A DNA stretch of 64,000 nucleotides from a virus, in IMG/VR virus record IMGVR_UViG_3300009136_000002, positions 1-64,000 of that record. One strand, written 5' to 3'. Positions 27,697 to 38,400 of this stretch are shown here, piece after piece. The position numbers were made by a program, and so were the translations under genes. The notes beneath the pieces are model-generated. The model was not told the DNA's origin. It ran no database searches and worked only from the letters and a program-made list of their open reading frames with translations. Position 1 is the first letter of the stretch, and every line of letters begins with the position of its first letter.

Positions 27697-27708
27697 CGGC
27701 TCCTACCT

Positions 27709-27806
27709 CCTGGTTTCTATCGGGTTCCTGGTGTTTCCCTGGTCGGCTCCTCGGGGGCGGAGGCGGCCCGCGCCCTGGTCGCCCTGGTGCTGGCTCGCCT
27801 CCTGGT
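27709..27806. repeat. Six CCTGGT (ACCAGG on - strand) copies in a 98-bp intergenic stretch
   Basis: Copies at 27709, 27727, 27738, 27774, 27783, 27801. Confidence 0.7.
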
Positions 27807-27811
27807 GAATG

Positions 27812-28048
27812 TCAAATAATACCCATTAAAACGAGGGCCGAAACGCAACTTCCCTTGTCGCATACCTCGCACCATCCCCTGGTGCTGTCCGGCTCATAGT
27901 GGGTGGTGTACCCGCAAACCGTACAAATTGCAGGGACTAACGAATCCATGATGTAAACCTCGGCTAGATCATGCGCGGTCTTGAATCCTTCCGCCGCTAC
28001 TAGATCAGCCAGCCCATAGCCTTGACGCTGTGCCTCTCTGTTGCTCAT
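27812..28048 (-). CDS. Small zinc-binding phage protein
   Basis: DS.VPAIC..CGYT..YEPD...GWCEVC...SAL.L.G; AGGAGG RBS. Confidence 0.65.
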   Translation of the reverse strand: MSNREAQRQGYGLADLVAAEGFKTAHDLAEVYIMDSLVPAICTVCGYTTHYEPDSTRGWCEVCDKGSCVSALVLMGII

Positions 28049-28090
28049 GTGCGTGGCCTCCTGGTGGGGGTTGTGGTTAGTCCAGGCCTC

Positions 28091-28147
28091 AAAATGAAAA
28101 AGCCCTGGCGGATCGGGGCGGATCGCTCCGCCCTTCACCGTCAAGGC
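28091..28147 (-). terminator. Long hairpin with U-tract (probable terminator)
   Basis: GCCTTGACGG..GGGCGGA-GCGA-TCCGCCC..CCGCCAGGGC-TTTTTCATTTT on - strand. Confidence 0.5.
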
Positions 28148-28609
28148 TCACTCATGTACTAACCAGTCGAACAACTCGCAAATGGCCTCAAAGTCGTCCC
28201 CTGTGATCTCTCGTTCTGCTCCGTCAAACCAATCCTGAAACAAATAAACGGCCCGCTCTATCTCTCGCTCGTGGCCCTGGCCGCTGATGTAAATATCAAT
28301 GTAATCGGCTGGCCCTCCCCAGGAAAAACAGACCCGCACCTTCTCGGATCTATCAATGGATAAAATGTCTTGTTCCCAGGTTTCACGCAATACCCGCCGC
28401 GCCTCGTCTTGATCTATCTCTGGCTCCTCCTCGTCTTGTGGATCGTGGTCGGGGTTCAGATACTCGTCAATATCCGCGCCTAACTCCTCCAGGTCGGCGC
28501 GGGTGATCTCCTCCCGCCCTGTCAAGCGGCGGATCTCCTCAAACGTCCGGCGGTAGTAGCCGCCTATCCGCTCCTCGCAGGTCTTTTGCCTATTCTCTTG
28601 GTGGGTCAT
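28148..28609 (-). CDS. Hypothetical phage early protein
   Basis: SWGGPAD...Y.FQDWFDGA motif; AAAGGAGG RBS. Confidence 0.7.
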   Translation of the reverse strand: MTHQENRQKTCEERIGGYYRRTFEEIRRLTGREEITRADLEELGADIDEYLNPDHDPQDEEEPEIDQDEARRVLRETWEQDILSIDRSEKVRVCFSWGGPADYIDIYISGQGHEREIERAVYLFQDWFDGAEREITGDDFEAICELFDWLVHE

Positions 28610-28657
28610 GCTCTTAGGCCTCCTTTGTTGGGTCTTTGCCTTACCCCAGCCAAACTA

Positions 28658-28798
28658 TCAAGCCCTGGCGGGCTCCTGGGGTTGGCTGCGCTGGCGTTTC
28701 TTCGCATATTTACTCAATCCTGGCGGCGGGCCTTCCAGCCTTCGCCGCGCCTTGGCCTTGGTTCTCCTCCTGGCTCTCTCGGTTCTCCTCTTCGCCAT
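28658..28798 (-). CDS. Arg/Lys-rich 46-aa peptide (MAKRRTERARRRTKAKARRR..., not in ORF track)
   Basis: TAATG coupling and AGGAG RBS. Confidence 0.45.
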   Translation of the reverse strand: MAKRRTERARRRTKAKARRRLEGPPPGLSKYAKKRQRSQPQEPARA

Positions 28799-29019
28799 TA
28801 CTCCTGGCCTCCTTTCTCTATTGATCGCAAATAACAAAGTCGATGCACTAGCCCTTCCTCCGGATCGTTAAAAAATCCGATGTTGTAGCCAATGGCCTCC
28901 TGGCAAATGTAACAGCCCGTTTGCGCCATGTTCCTGGTAGCATTGCAATCGCTGTGCTGGCAATACTCGTAACACGGCCCCGCGTGTTGCCCTGGCCCTG
29001 CTAAATATCCTGCCGCCAT
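28798..29019 (-). CDS. Cys-rich small protein, first gene of the early unit
   Basis: GPC...C.H.DC...C.IC...H..C; AGGAGG RBS. Confidence 0.6.
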   Translation of the reverse strand: MAAGYLAGPGQHAGPCYEYCQHSDCNATRNMAQTGCYICQEAIGYNIGFFNDPEEGLVHRLCYLRSIEKGGQE

Positions 29020-29064
29020 GATCCGCGCCTCCTCTCCTGTTAAAGGTTTATTGCGTGTTCCCTT

Positions 29065-29093
29065 ACCTTAAACTATGGGGCTTTTTTAGTCAA
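29065..29093 (-). promoter_or_regulatory. Candidate early sigma70 promoter
   Basis: TTGACT-17 nt-TAAGGT upstream of the leftward early genes. Confidence 0.55.
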
Positions 29094-29616
29094 GGGGTAT
29101 TTGTACCAGTCGAGCAGATAGCCAACACCAGCCGCGAATAGGCTCTACTGCTGGGGTAATACCTCAATCCGGCAATAAAGCCCATAGGCATCAACCTATT
29201 TTGTGTTAATTATCGGCTTATCGTCTAAAGATATGGCCTCGTTTCGCAATAAGCCCCAACACCGAGCCCTGAACCCGCGTGGTTATGGGCTAGTTTACAT
29301 ATTATCCCTTATCGGACTAAACACCTGGGCGTTATATCGGGTTGACCCATCGGTTAGACTACCATCAGGCATCCCAGCGCGGGGATCGGAGGAGTTGAGC
29401 GCGTCCAGGTGAGGGTGAAACCTGGGGCGCAGCACTAATAGATGGTAGCTATGAATTGAAGGGGGCATACCTGGGCGACCTTGACCAAACGGCCAATAGC
29501 TTGTATATACGACCTACCGTGAAATCTGCATAATTTTTTCAATTCTAGTGTGAGATCCGGAATTTTTTCTGAAAATTTTCTTGAATTAGATATTCTCTTC
29601 GGCATACTCAGGGGGC

Positions 29617-30132
29617 ATGAGGTTAGATACTGAGGATAAGGCTGCGTGGGTACAGGGGTCTAAGGCTGGTGAGGATCGTTTTCGTGAGATATGCGGTTTA
29701 TATTGGGATTTAGAGTTAGTTGAGAATTCTGATATTTACGGGCCTGATTTTGTGATGGTGTTGAGTGGTGTTGAGGCGGAGTACAAGCATCGAGAGACAC
29801 CGTTTCATCAGGCTGGTAGGTTATTTGGGATACCGCCGCGTTATGCTTTTACTTATAATGTGCGGGATCATGTACGTTATAGGCGGGAGTATCCTGGGGT
29901 TCACATATTTGTACGTTGTGTTTGGTTAAAGCAAGATCCGCGTTTCAGGCCTGAGAGGTTTTTAGATGCCTGTGGGCACGGATCTTTTGCGTATTGGGAT
30001 AAGTTGGTTCAGGCTGCGCCTATTCATCATTATGGTAGGCGTGAGGATGATCCTGTGAACAAGAAGCGGAGTTATGTGTTAGATATTCGGGATTTTCCTC
30101 ATCTATGGTGGACTGATGGGAGGGTTTACTGA
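29617..30132 (+). CDS. Putative PD-(D/E)XK nuclease-fold protein
   Basis: GEDRF...GPDF...EAEYK arrangement. Confidence 0.45.
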   Translation: MRLDTEDKAAWVQGSKAGEDRFREICGLYWDLELVENSDIYGPDFVMVLSGVEAEYKHRETPFHQAGRLFGIPPRYAFTYNVRDHVRYRREYPGVHIFVRCVWLKQDPRFRPERFLDACGHGSFAYWDKLVQAAPIHHYGRREDDPVNKKRSYVLDIRDFPHLWWTDGRVY

Positions 30133-30587
30133 TGCCTTTGTTGTTCGATCAGTATGTAAGGAAGCTGATGGGTCGGATGAATAAGCCTATGCCGAAGGAT
30201 TTTATGGCGGCTAGGCCTCATTCTGGACAGGCATTTCAGGAACAGCAGAGGGCGAAGGCGATGGCGCGGGGAGATCCGCGCATTCAGGCAGCTCAGAAGG
30301 GCAGAAGGGGTGAGGGTGTGGCCCCTAGAACATCACAGCCCCAGGTACAGAAGGGCAGTTCTCCGATGGGTAAGCCTCAGAGTAGGATACAGGCGTTACT
30401 GAAAACGGGAAGGGCTCAGAGGCAAGGTAGGGGTGCGGCTGCTACTGGTGGGATCTCGAACCAGCCGATGCCTACGTTCCATAAGTCGTTGACTATGGCT
30501 CGTCCAGGTCAAGATCCTCGAAGGGACGTTTTTGGTGGTAGGCGTTATGGTGGCGCTAGGTCTAAAACGAGGGGAAGATTGCGATAA
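30132..30587 (+). CDS. Basic low-complexity protein
   Basis: TGATG coupling; R/K/Q/G-rich. Confidence 0.5.
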   Translation: MPLLFDQYVRKLMGRMNKPMPKDFMAARPHSGQAFQEQQRAKAMARGDPRIQAAQKGRRGEGVAPRTSQPQVQKGSSPMGKPQSRIQALLKTGRAQRQGRGAAATGGISNQPMPTFHKSLTMARPGQDPRRDVFGGRRYGGARSKTRGRLR

Positions 30588-30752
30588 TGATCGAATTATG
30601 GGCCTTTTTAACACAGCCGTTACAAGTAAAGGCAGTTTACTTCGTCTTTTTTACATATTTGGCCTTTAAATTAGGTCGAATGTTGGAATTAAAGGCTATT
30701 TGTGACTGTTTTGAGTTAATTCCCAAGGATTATTATGGAGAGGAGTTTTAAA

Positions 30753-31175
30753 ATGAAGAAACATTGGAAAATCACCCTTTTTATCGTCGCTATCCTGCTT
30801 GTGGCCGGACTAGCCCTGGCGCAAACGTGGCATACGGCGAATCAGGCTACCGTGGCTTGGGATGCGGTGACTGTCCCAGCCGATAGTACCATTGAATACG
30901 TTGTCTATCTGGCAAATGCTGTCACAGATCCCAATAAGGATAATCCTGCCGAAGTTGCCGTAACCACCGATACAGATCAGCTAATTACGCTTAATGTTGA
31001 AGGATCTTATTTTGTGGGCGTTAAATCTAGGCGCATTTTAACTGCCGATGGAACAAATGTGGGGGAAAGCGACATTTCATGGTCGGACGACCCTACGCGA
31101 GTGCTGAATGGCGAGACTTTCGGATTGCGTTACTTCGTCCCGCCCGATGCACCAAGCAATCTCAGACCTGTATAA
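30753..31175 (+). CDS. Secreted fibronectin-III/Ig-like protein
   Basis: Signal peptide MKKHWK..LAGLALA; TVAWDAV, Y.VY, Y.VGV, ES..S, PP.APSNL. Confidence 0.65.
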   Translation: MKKHWKITLFIVAILLVAGLALAQTWHTANQATVAWDAVTVPADSTIEYVVYLANAVTDPNKDNPAEVAVTTDTDQLITLNVEGSYFVGVKSRRILTADGTNVGESDISWSDDPTRVLNGETFGLRYFVPPDAPSNLRPV

Positions 31176-31190
31176 GATATTGTAAAGGCA

Positions 31191-31445
31191 ATGGTACAGG
31201 ATGCCGAAAGCCTCACGCTTGGTGACAGGCTTGCTCGAATCCGCAAGATCGTTGAGGCTATGCCTGACGGAGATCAGGACAAGGCCGATCTGATCCTGAT
31301 CTTCGATGAGTATGAAAAAGCCGTTGAATCCAGGCATCAGCTCCAGGGTGCTTTGAGTGCTGCAAAATGGGCTCTGGAGGTAGCCCTGGAGAAAATATCT
31401 AAGCAAAAACAAGCACTAGACGTACTTTCAATAGGCAAAGACTAG
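31191..31445 (+). CDS. Hypothetical coiled-coil protein
   Basis: ORF between the FN3 gene and a terminator. Confidence 0.45.
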   Translation: MVQDAESLTLGDRLARIRKIVEAMPDGDQDKADLILIFDEYEKAVESRHQLQGALSAAKWALEVALEKISKQKQALDVLSIGKD

Positions 31446-31474
31446 GCCGCTTTCGACGAGCGGCCTTTTCTTTT
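31445..31474 (+). terminator. Intrinsic terminator
   Basis: GGCCGCT-ttcgacg-AGCGGCC-TTTTCTTTT. Confidence 0.75.
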
Positions 31475-31490
31475 ACAGGGGGGTTAGCTC

Positions 31491-32012
31491 GTGACAACAG
31501 CACTATACCGAATATCGTCCGGCGAGGTCGTCAAGATCAGCTTATCAGATCAGATGTGGGATGATCGAGCCCCTGCTTTTTGGGGAGTTCTGACAACCGC
31601 AGCTTATCCCGATGGCACTCAGGTTCGGCACATTGATCGTGAGTTGCGGGAGTTGGGCTTTGCTAAATTCGCCGATGTAGGCGGCAATATCGTCCGTAAC
31701 GCCGTTCAAGGCGAAATTGATACCTACGCTCCCGCCCAGGAAGATGATGAGAACCAGCAGGACGCTCTAGGCGCTGGCGGGCTATTCCTGGTTCATCCAC
31801 GAAACAGAAAGCTAATGACCGCCTTTGCCGACATTATCAAGGATGAAATGAATATCCTGCGTGGTTGGCTCACTCAATTCAAAGCAGATGTGGCTGCAGC
31901 AAATAATCTCTCTGATCTCAAAAGCAGCGTTGCAGCACAGCCGGATCTTCCTGATCGTACCCTGGCCCAACTGAAAACAGCAATTACAGCTCGAATAGAC
32001 AAGGACGACTAA
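31491..32012 (+). CDS. Hypothetical protein (possible fibre-associated/chaperone)
   Basis: First of three translationally linked genes ending in the giant Ser-rich gene. Confidence 0.55.
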   Translation: MTTALYRISSGEVVKISLSDQMWDDRAPAFWGVLTTAAYPDGTQVRHIDRELRELGFAKFADVGGNIVRNAVQGEIDTYAPAQEDDENQQDALGAGGLFLVHPRNRKLMTAFADIIKDEMNILRGWLTQFKADVAAANNLSDLKSSVAAQPDLPDRTLAQLKTAITARIDKDD

Positions 32013-32467
32013 TGGGCGTAACTAACCCGAATTACCCGACGATGGAGATCGCCCTGGCGATGGTTAATGCGCCGGATAACGCCGATGGCACAGAGCGCAT
32101 GAAAAAAGGCGATATTATTGCCATTCGCAAACCAGCAGATTTCATAGGATCGCAAGAAGGCAAAATCTTTCTCTGGCTACATATTGATGGGCCAGAAGAA
32201 AATGAATTTGCTGCCTTTGCTCAACAGGTCTTTGAACCTACTGATCCTGAAACTGGCGAAAGATTCGACAAGCGAAGATACGAAGTTCCCCTCGGACGCT
32301 TACAGGTTCTATATCCCGCGTTTAATCAATCAAGAGCAACAGATCCAAATGATTTTTATCAACCATTCTTGCTCATTGACAGCGAAGATTTTGAAATTGT
32401 TGCTGCAGATCCACCATACGCAGTTAGCGGCCTAGTCTTTGATAAGGCCATAGGAGATTATCTCTAA
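32012..32467 (+). CDS. Hypothetical protein
   Basis: TAATG coupling at both ends. Confidence 0.6.
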   Translation: MGVTNPNYPTMEIALAMVNAPDNADGTERMKKGDIIAIRKPADFIGSQEGKIFLWLHIDGPEENEFAAFAQQVFEPTDPETGERFDKRRYEVPLGRLQVLYPAFNQSRATDPNDFYQPFLLIDSEDFEIVAADPPYAVSGLVFDKAIGDYL

Positions 32468-35400
32468 TGGCTACCTCAAGACGAGCTGCCACAAATGAGA
32501 ATATCAGTACCTACGATAGCGGGGGTGGACAGGACTACTCAGCCCTTGCTACCTGGGAAGCTGCAACTGATATTGATCTCGTTACCGCTACTCAGTCTGA
32601 GGTCTTAGAGTGCTACGCTGGCTCTCACGATGATGAAGTTGTCATTGATGGCGCGACTACGAATACTTCGTATTTCAGGATAATCCGTCCGGCCTCTGGA
32701 GAGGGTCACGATGGCTACCCCCACCAGGACGGATCAGCCGCTTATTTTGTCACTACAACAAGCAACATAGATATGTTCTCTGTGGTTGAGGCTAACTGCC
32801 AACTTCAAGACTTGATAATGAGCCTCGATCAAGATGGTGGTAGTGCCTATTGCGCTGCCCTAGTAGGTAACAATCAGTATTTAATCGGCTGTCTAGCCAT
32901 CAATCCGGTCAACATTGGCGGTGATTCTAAGGGTTTTAGAGAGAATGGCGGCAGCGGCGATACGATGTATTACATCAACAGTATCGCCATAGGCTGTGAC
33001 GATGCTGCCTTTCAGTTCGATGCAGGAACAAGCTACGTCTATAACTGCCATGCCATTGATTCAGGTGAAGGATTCAATGAGAGTGGCGGTACGGTAATCT
33101 GTAAAAACTGCCTGGGTAATGGCACTACCGGATCGCAGGACTTTGATGGCTCTTATGATGCTGCGAGTGAATATAACTCATCAGGCGATGGCTCGGCCCC
33201 AGGTACAAACAGCCGGATCAATCAAACCTTTGCTTTCTCCGATGCTGGCAATGATGATTTCCGGTTAGGCTACACCGATGGTGGCGCTAGGAATTTTGGT
33301 ACTGATCTGAGCGCAGATGGCAATTTCGCTTTCGACGATGATATTGCTGATGGCGTTATGGGCGCGGGCAAAGCAGGAATAACACGCCCACAAGAATCAG
33401 TATGGGATATAGGCTTTCACGAGCGCACGGAAAGCTCTTCCAGCTCAAGTTCTTCATCCTGCTCTAGTAGTTTTTCATCCAGTTCCTTCTCATCTTGCTC
33501 ATCCAGTTTTTCTAGCTCAAGCTCATGCTCCTCGTCGTCCTTTTCTTCGTCCTCTTCCAGTTTCTCATCGTCCTGCAGTAGTTCATCGAGCAGTTTTTCA
33601 TCTTCATCTAGCTGTTCTAGTTCGTCTTTTTCGAGTTCGAGTTCGAGTTCGTCAAGCAGCTTTTCCTCTAGTTCAAGTTCCTGTTCTAGCTCGTTTTCTT
33701 CAAGCTCTTCCTGTTCATCAAGCAGCTTTTCGTCCTCTTGTTCGTCGAGTTCTTCATTTTCTAGCTCATCCTCTTCTTCACCTTCATGCGTTCCACCGGA
33801 TTGGCGCTGGGTTGATGGTTCTCAGCTAATTGTCGGCACGATAAATACTGGCGTTTTCTGTGATACCCATGCCTGTGATCTTACTGAGTATGTAATCAAT
33901 GAGCTTTCAGGTGTGGGTATTCCAGCTTTCGATCAAAGATTCACCTTTGAAAATGTACCAAAATCAACCCTTGATGTATCCATAACTGGCTACTACAGCG
34001 GCAATCCCGCTCATATCGTCAAAATAGCGATCTTTAATTACCAAACGCTCTTGTGGGATGATATGACAGGCGCAGCCCAGGACTTTCCATCACAGGCTAC
34101 GCCTTCTAACTATGTATTTCCGCTCACAGGCGCGGGAACACCGTCTGATTATGTGAGTGTTGGCAATCAGCTATCAATTAAGATCGACCATCGCTCTAAC
34201 GGATCAGCCGGACACACATTCCACATGGATTGTGTGCATCTGACCGATACCAGCTCTTCTAGCTCAAGTTCGTCAAGCTGCTCATCTTCCTTCTCCAGCT
34301 CATCGAGTTCATTTAGCTCTTCTTGCTCGTCAAGTTGCAGTTCGTCATTTTCATCTTCGTCAAGCTGCTCGTCCTCTTGTTCTTCAAGTTTTTCAAGTTC
34401 TAGCAGCTCTTTTTCATCGTCCTGTTCGTCGTCGAGTTTTAGCAGCTCATCGAGCTGCAGTAGCTCGTTTTCGTCCTCGTCGTCGAGCTGCAGTAGCTCA
34501 TCTTTTTCGAGTTCATCATGCTCAAGCAGCTTTTCCAGTTCGAGTTCGTGCAGCTCGTCATTTTCGTCGTCCTCGTCCTCATCCTTCTCCAGCAGTTCGA
34601 GCTGTTCTTCGAGTTTTTCTTCTTCTAGCTCATGCTCGTCGAGCTTTTCATCAAGCTCATCATGCTCGTCGTCGAGCTTTTCATCTAGTTGTTCGTCCTG
34701 TTCTTCGAGCTTTTCATCATGCTCTAGCTCTTCTTCATCTTCATTAGAATGTGGACAATGGATTGCTTACTTTGACGATTCAAGGTGGAACCCTGGGGGC
34801 ATTGTTGCCCCACCATTTGCCTGTACCTGGGATTCAGTAAATTGGGAATGGGATTCTGATCTATATAGCTCACAGCAATGGGCCTATTTAGAAACACAAG
34901 GCGCATGGCGGAGTGGATACAGGCCAAGCAAGTTTCGGATTACATTCACAGGCGGCTCTCCACTATATGCCTGTAATCTGAAAGATACTGCCGGAAATGT
35001 CATTGGCGGTACGAATTTCCCGACCAATTATTTCTCCGGTCAAGTTGAAGCAATTACTTTTTCGACATTCGATCTTAGATTTTTGGAATTACAGCATAAC
35101 GGCACAACTCAATTCCAAGTTACAAATATCGAATTCTTTACGGTATGTTCCTCTTCTAGCTCTTCGTCGAGTTCATTTAGCTCTTGTTCTTCATCATTTA
35201 GCTCTTCAAGTTCGAGTTTTTCATCATCGTCGTCTTGTTCATCGAGCTTTTCAAGTAGTAGCAGCTCATTTTCATCGAGTTCATCATGCTCATCGAGCTT
35301 TTCGAGTTCATCATCTTCGTTTTCGTCCTCGTCCTCTTCATTCTCATCGTCGAGTTCCAGCTACTCAAGTTCCTCATCCTCTTCTTTATCGTCCTCCTCT

Positions 35401-38400
35401 TCCTCTTCGTTTTCGAGCAGTTGCTCTTCATCCTGTTCGAGTTTTTCGAGTTCTAGCTTTTCATCATCGTCGTCCAGCTCCTCTTTTAGCTCAAGTAGCT
35501 CTTTTTCCAGTAGTTCTTCATCATCCAGCTCTTGTTCTTCCTCAAGCTCTTCTTTTAGCTCTTCTTGCTCAAGTAGCTCTTTTTCTTCATCTTCTAGCTC
35601 ATCGAGCTTTAGTAGCTCGTCGTCCTGTTCGTCGTCGTCCTTTTCGAGTTCAAGCTCTTCGAGTTTTTCGTCAAGCAGTAGCTCACGGAGTTCGTCATGC
35701 TCATCGAGCTGTTCAAGCTCTTTTTCATCGTCCTCGTTCTCGTCCTCGTCCTCGTGTTCATCAAGCAGCCCATCATCCAGCTCTTCCTCCTTCTCGTCGT
35801 CTTGCTCATCGTCCTCTTTCTCTTCGAGTAGCTTCTCGTCGTCCTCTTCGAGCTTTTCTTCTTCTTCCTGTAGCTCCTCGTTCTCATCGAGTTCGTCATG
35901 CAGCTCAAGCTCATTTTCTTCTTCTTCGAGCTGTAGTTCGTCGTCTTTTAGCTCGTCAAGTTCGGTTTCATCTAGCTCGTCATTTTCTTCTTCATCTTCT
36001 TGCTCCAGTAGCTCATTTTCGTCGTCAAGTTCATCATTTAGCTCGTCGAGTTCCTTTTCATCTTCCTGTTCATCTTCGTCGTCATTTTCCAGCTCAAGCT
36101 CTTCGAGTTTCAGCTCTTCGAGTTCGAGCTTTAGCTCTTCAAGCTCAAGTTTTTCAAGCTCTTGCTCCTCAAGCTCCTTCTCGTCCAGTAGTAGCTGTTC
36201 TTCGTCGTTTTCATCCAGTTCTAGCTGTTCTTCGTCATTCTCGTCCAGTTGTAGCTCTTCGTTCTCTTTTTCAAGCTCCTCTTCGAGTAGTTCGTTTTCA
36301 AGCTCTTCATCCTGCTCAAGCTCCTCGTTTTCGAGTTCTAGCTCCTGCAGTAGCTCCTCTTTCTCGTCGTCCAGCTCATCCTTTTCAAGCTCTTCATCAG
36401 AGAGCCTATCGTCGTCCTGCTCGTCCAGTAGCTCTCTCTCTGGCTCGGTTTCATCTTCGTGTTCGTCCTCTTCGTCCAGCCAATCTAGCTCAAGCTCAGT
36501 TTCATCTTCCTCTTCATGCTGTAGCTCCGTATCCTCTTCAAGCTCCTCTTTCTCGTCCTCATCCAGCTCCTTCTCGTCCTCAAGCTCGGTAAGTTCTTCG
36601 AGTTCGTGTGACTCGGCCTTCTCGTCCAGCTCATGCTCATCTAGCTGCAGTAGCTCATCGGAAAGCAGCTCTTGTCTGTCGTCCTCTTGCTCGTCGTCCT
36701 CTAGTTGCAGCTCTTCCTCATCGGCTGACTGTGACTCTATACCTGTCTATGGGAACAATGTCTTAGCTGTGTATCCTGATTGGATTTGGTACGACTTTGG
36801 TAGGGTAAAGGTCAATGAGGACAGCATTGAGCAAGTACACACGGATGCTAGAAGGTATGCTGGATTTGAATCACGCAAATTCGTTGCTGAATTCAGGGCT
36901 GGGGATCAAGATCCGCAAGGCATCGAACAGCGATTTCCGATAGGGAATCCGGCCTCTCTAGGCGTAACGAGAGTCTATCAACTCTCATTTTGGATCTATC
37001 CAGTTGATCGGACTAAGATCAGAGTAACCATCAAGCATGATGATGGGACTTTGAATGTTCATAACTATCCTGGTCTTACTCCGAATACCTGGAATCTGGT
37101 AAGCGATCTGGTCAACATTCAGAATAACACCAATACCGTGATCGCGTGGCACTCCGGCGCTACGGAATCCGGTACTTGGTATCTCGATGAGTTGGCATTG
37201 CGCTGGCTGGTCTGCCCTGGATCTTCATCGTCCTCGGAATCATCCTGTTCGAGTTCGTCTTGCTCCTCTTCCAGCGAATCCTCATCCTCACTCAGCTCCT
37301 CATCCTCTTGTAGTAGCTGTAGCTCGTGTGATTCGCTCTTCTCGTCCTCTAGCTCATCGTCGTCGTTCTCCAGCTCATCGTCGTCCTGTAGCTCTTCAAG
37401 TACCTGTTCCTCTTCATCTTTCTCCAGTTGCAGCTCCTCTTTCTCGTCCTGCAGCTCTTCGTTCTCTTCGTCGTCGTCGTCATTTAGCTCATCTTCGAGC
37501 TGCAGCTCTAGCTGTTCGTCCAGTTTCTCATCTTCGAGTTCATCTTTTAGCTCTAGCTCTTCATCTTTCAGTAGTTCTTGCTCCTCAAGCTCATCCAGTT
37601 TGAGCTTTAGCTCAAGTTGCTCGTCCTGTGATTCTGGCTTTTCTTCAAGCTCTTCTAGCTCTTCATTCTCAAGCTCGTCGAGCTGTTCATCGTCTTTTAG
37701 CAGTTGCTCCTCTTCCTACTCGTTCTCCAGTTCGAGTTCTTCATCCTGTGATTCAGCTTTCTCTTCCAGCTCTTCGTGTAGTAGCTCATCTTCATCGTCC
37801 AGCGAGAGTTTCCAGGTCTTACAGGGACAATACTTCTATCCTCAGAGCGATGAGGGTGGATATACGGTTACTCCTGTGGGATCTGGCTCTAGCATCGCAG
37901 ATCGAGTGAATAATGGCATCTTCGGGCCTGGATTCTCACCTGGGCCGGATGATACTAACGGATTCCAGGGCAGTAACGGTGCTTACGTTAGACTTAGACT
38001 TTCAAATCCAGTTTTCCAGGGAGAAGCGATAGAAGTTAGATGTACTGTAAGGGCGTTTACTTTCTTTGCTCCACCTGGACGAGTTGATGTAAGATTCGAG
38101 TCTAGCTTTGGTGTGTCACATGGCACACGCACAATATACACGATTACTACAGGTGTTCCGGCTGATTACACGGTAAGCTGGAGTCTTAATAAGACAGCCG
38201 CAGAGCTTACAGATGCACGGTTGAGGGTTGAGTGCCAAGATCCAAGCTGGAATGATCGAGTTACTGAGCTTGAATTACAGGTCATTATTGAAGGCTCATC
38301 TTCCAGTTCATGCTCTTCGAGTTCATCTTGTGATTCGGCATTCTCATCCTCCAGCTCTTCATCTTCGCTGAGTTCGGTGTCGGTAAGCAGTTGCTCATCT

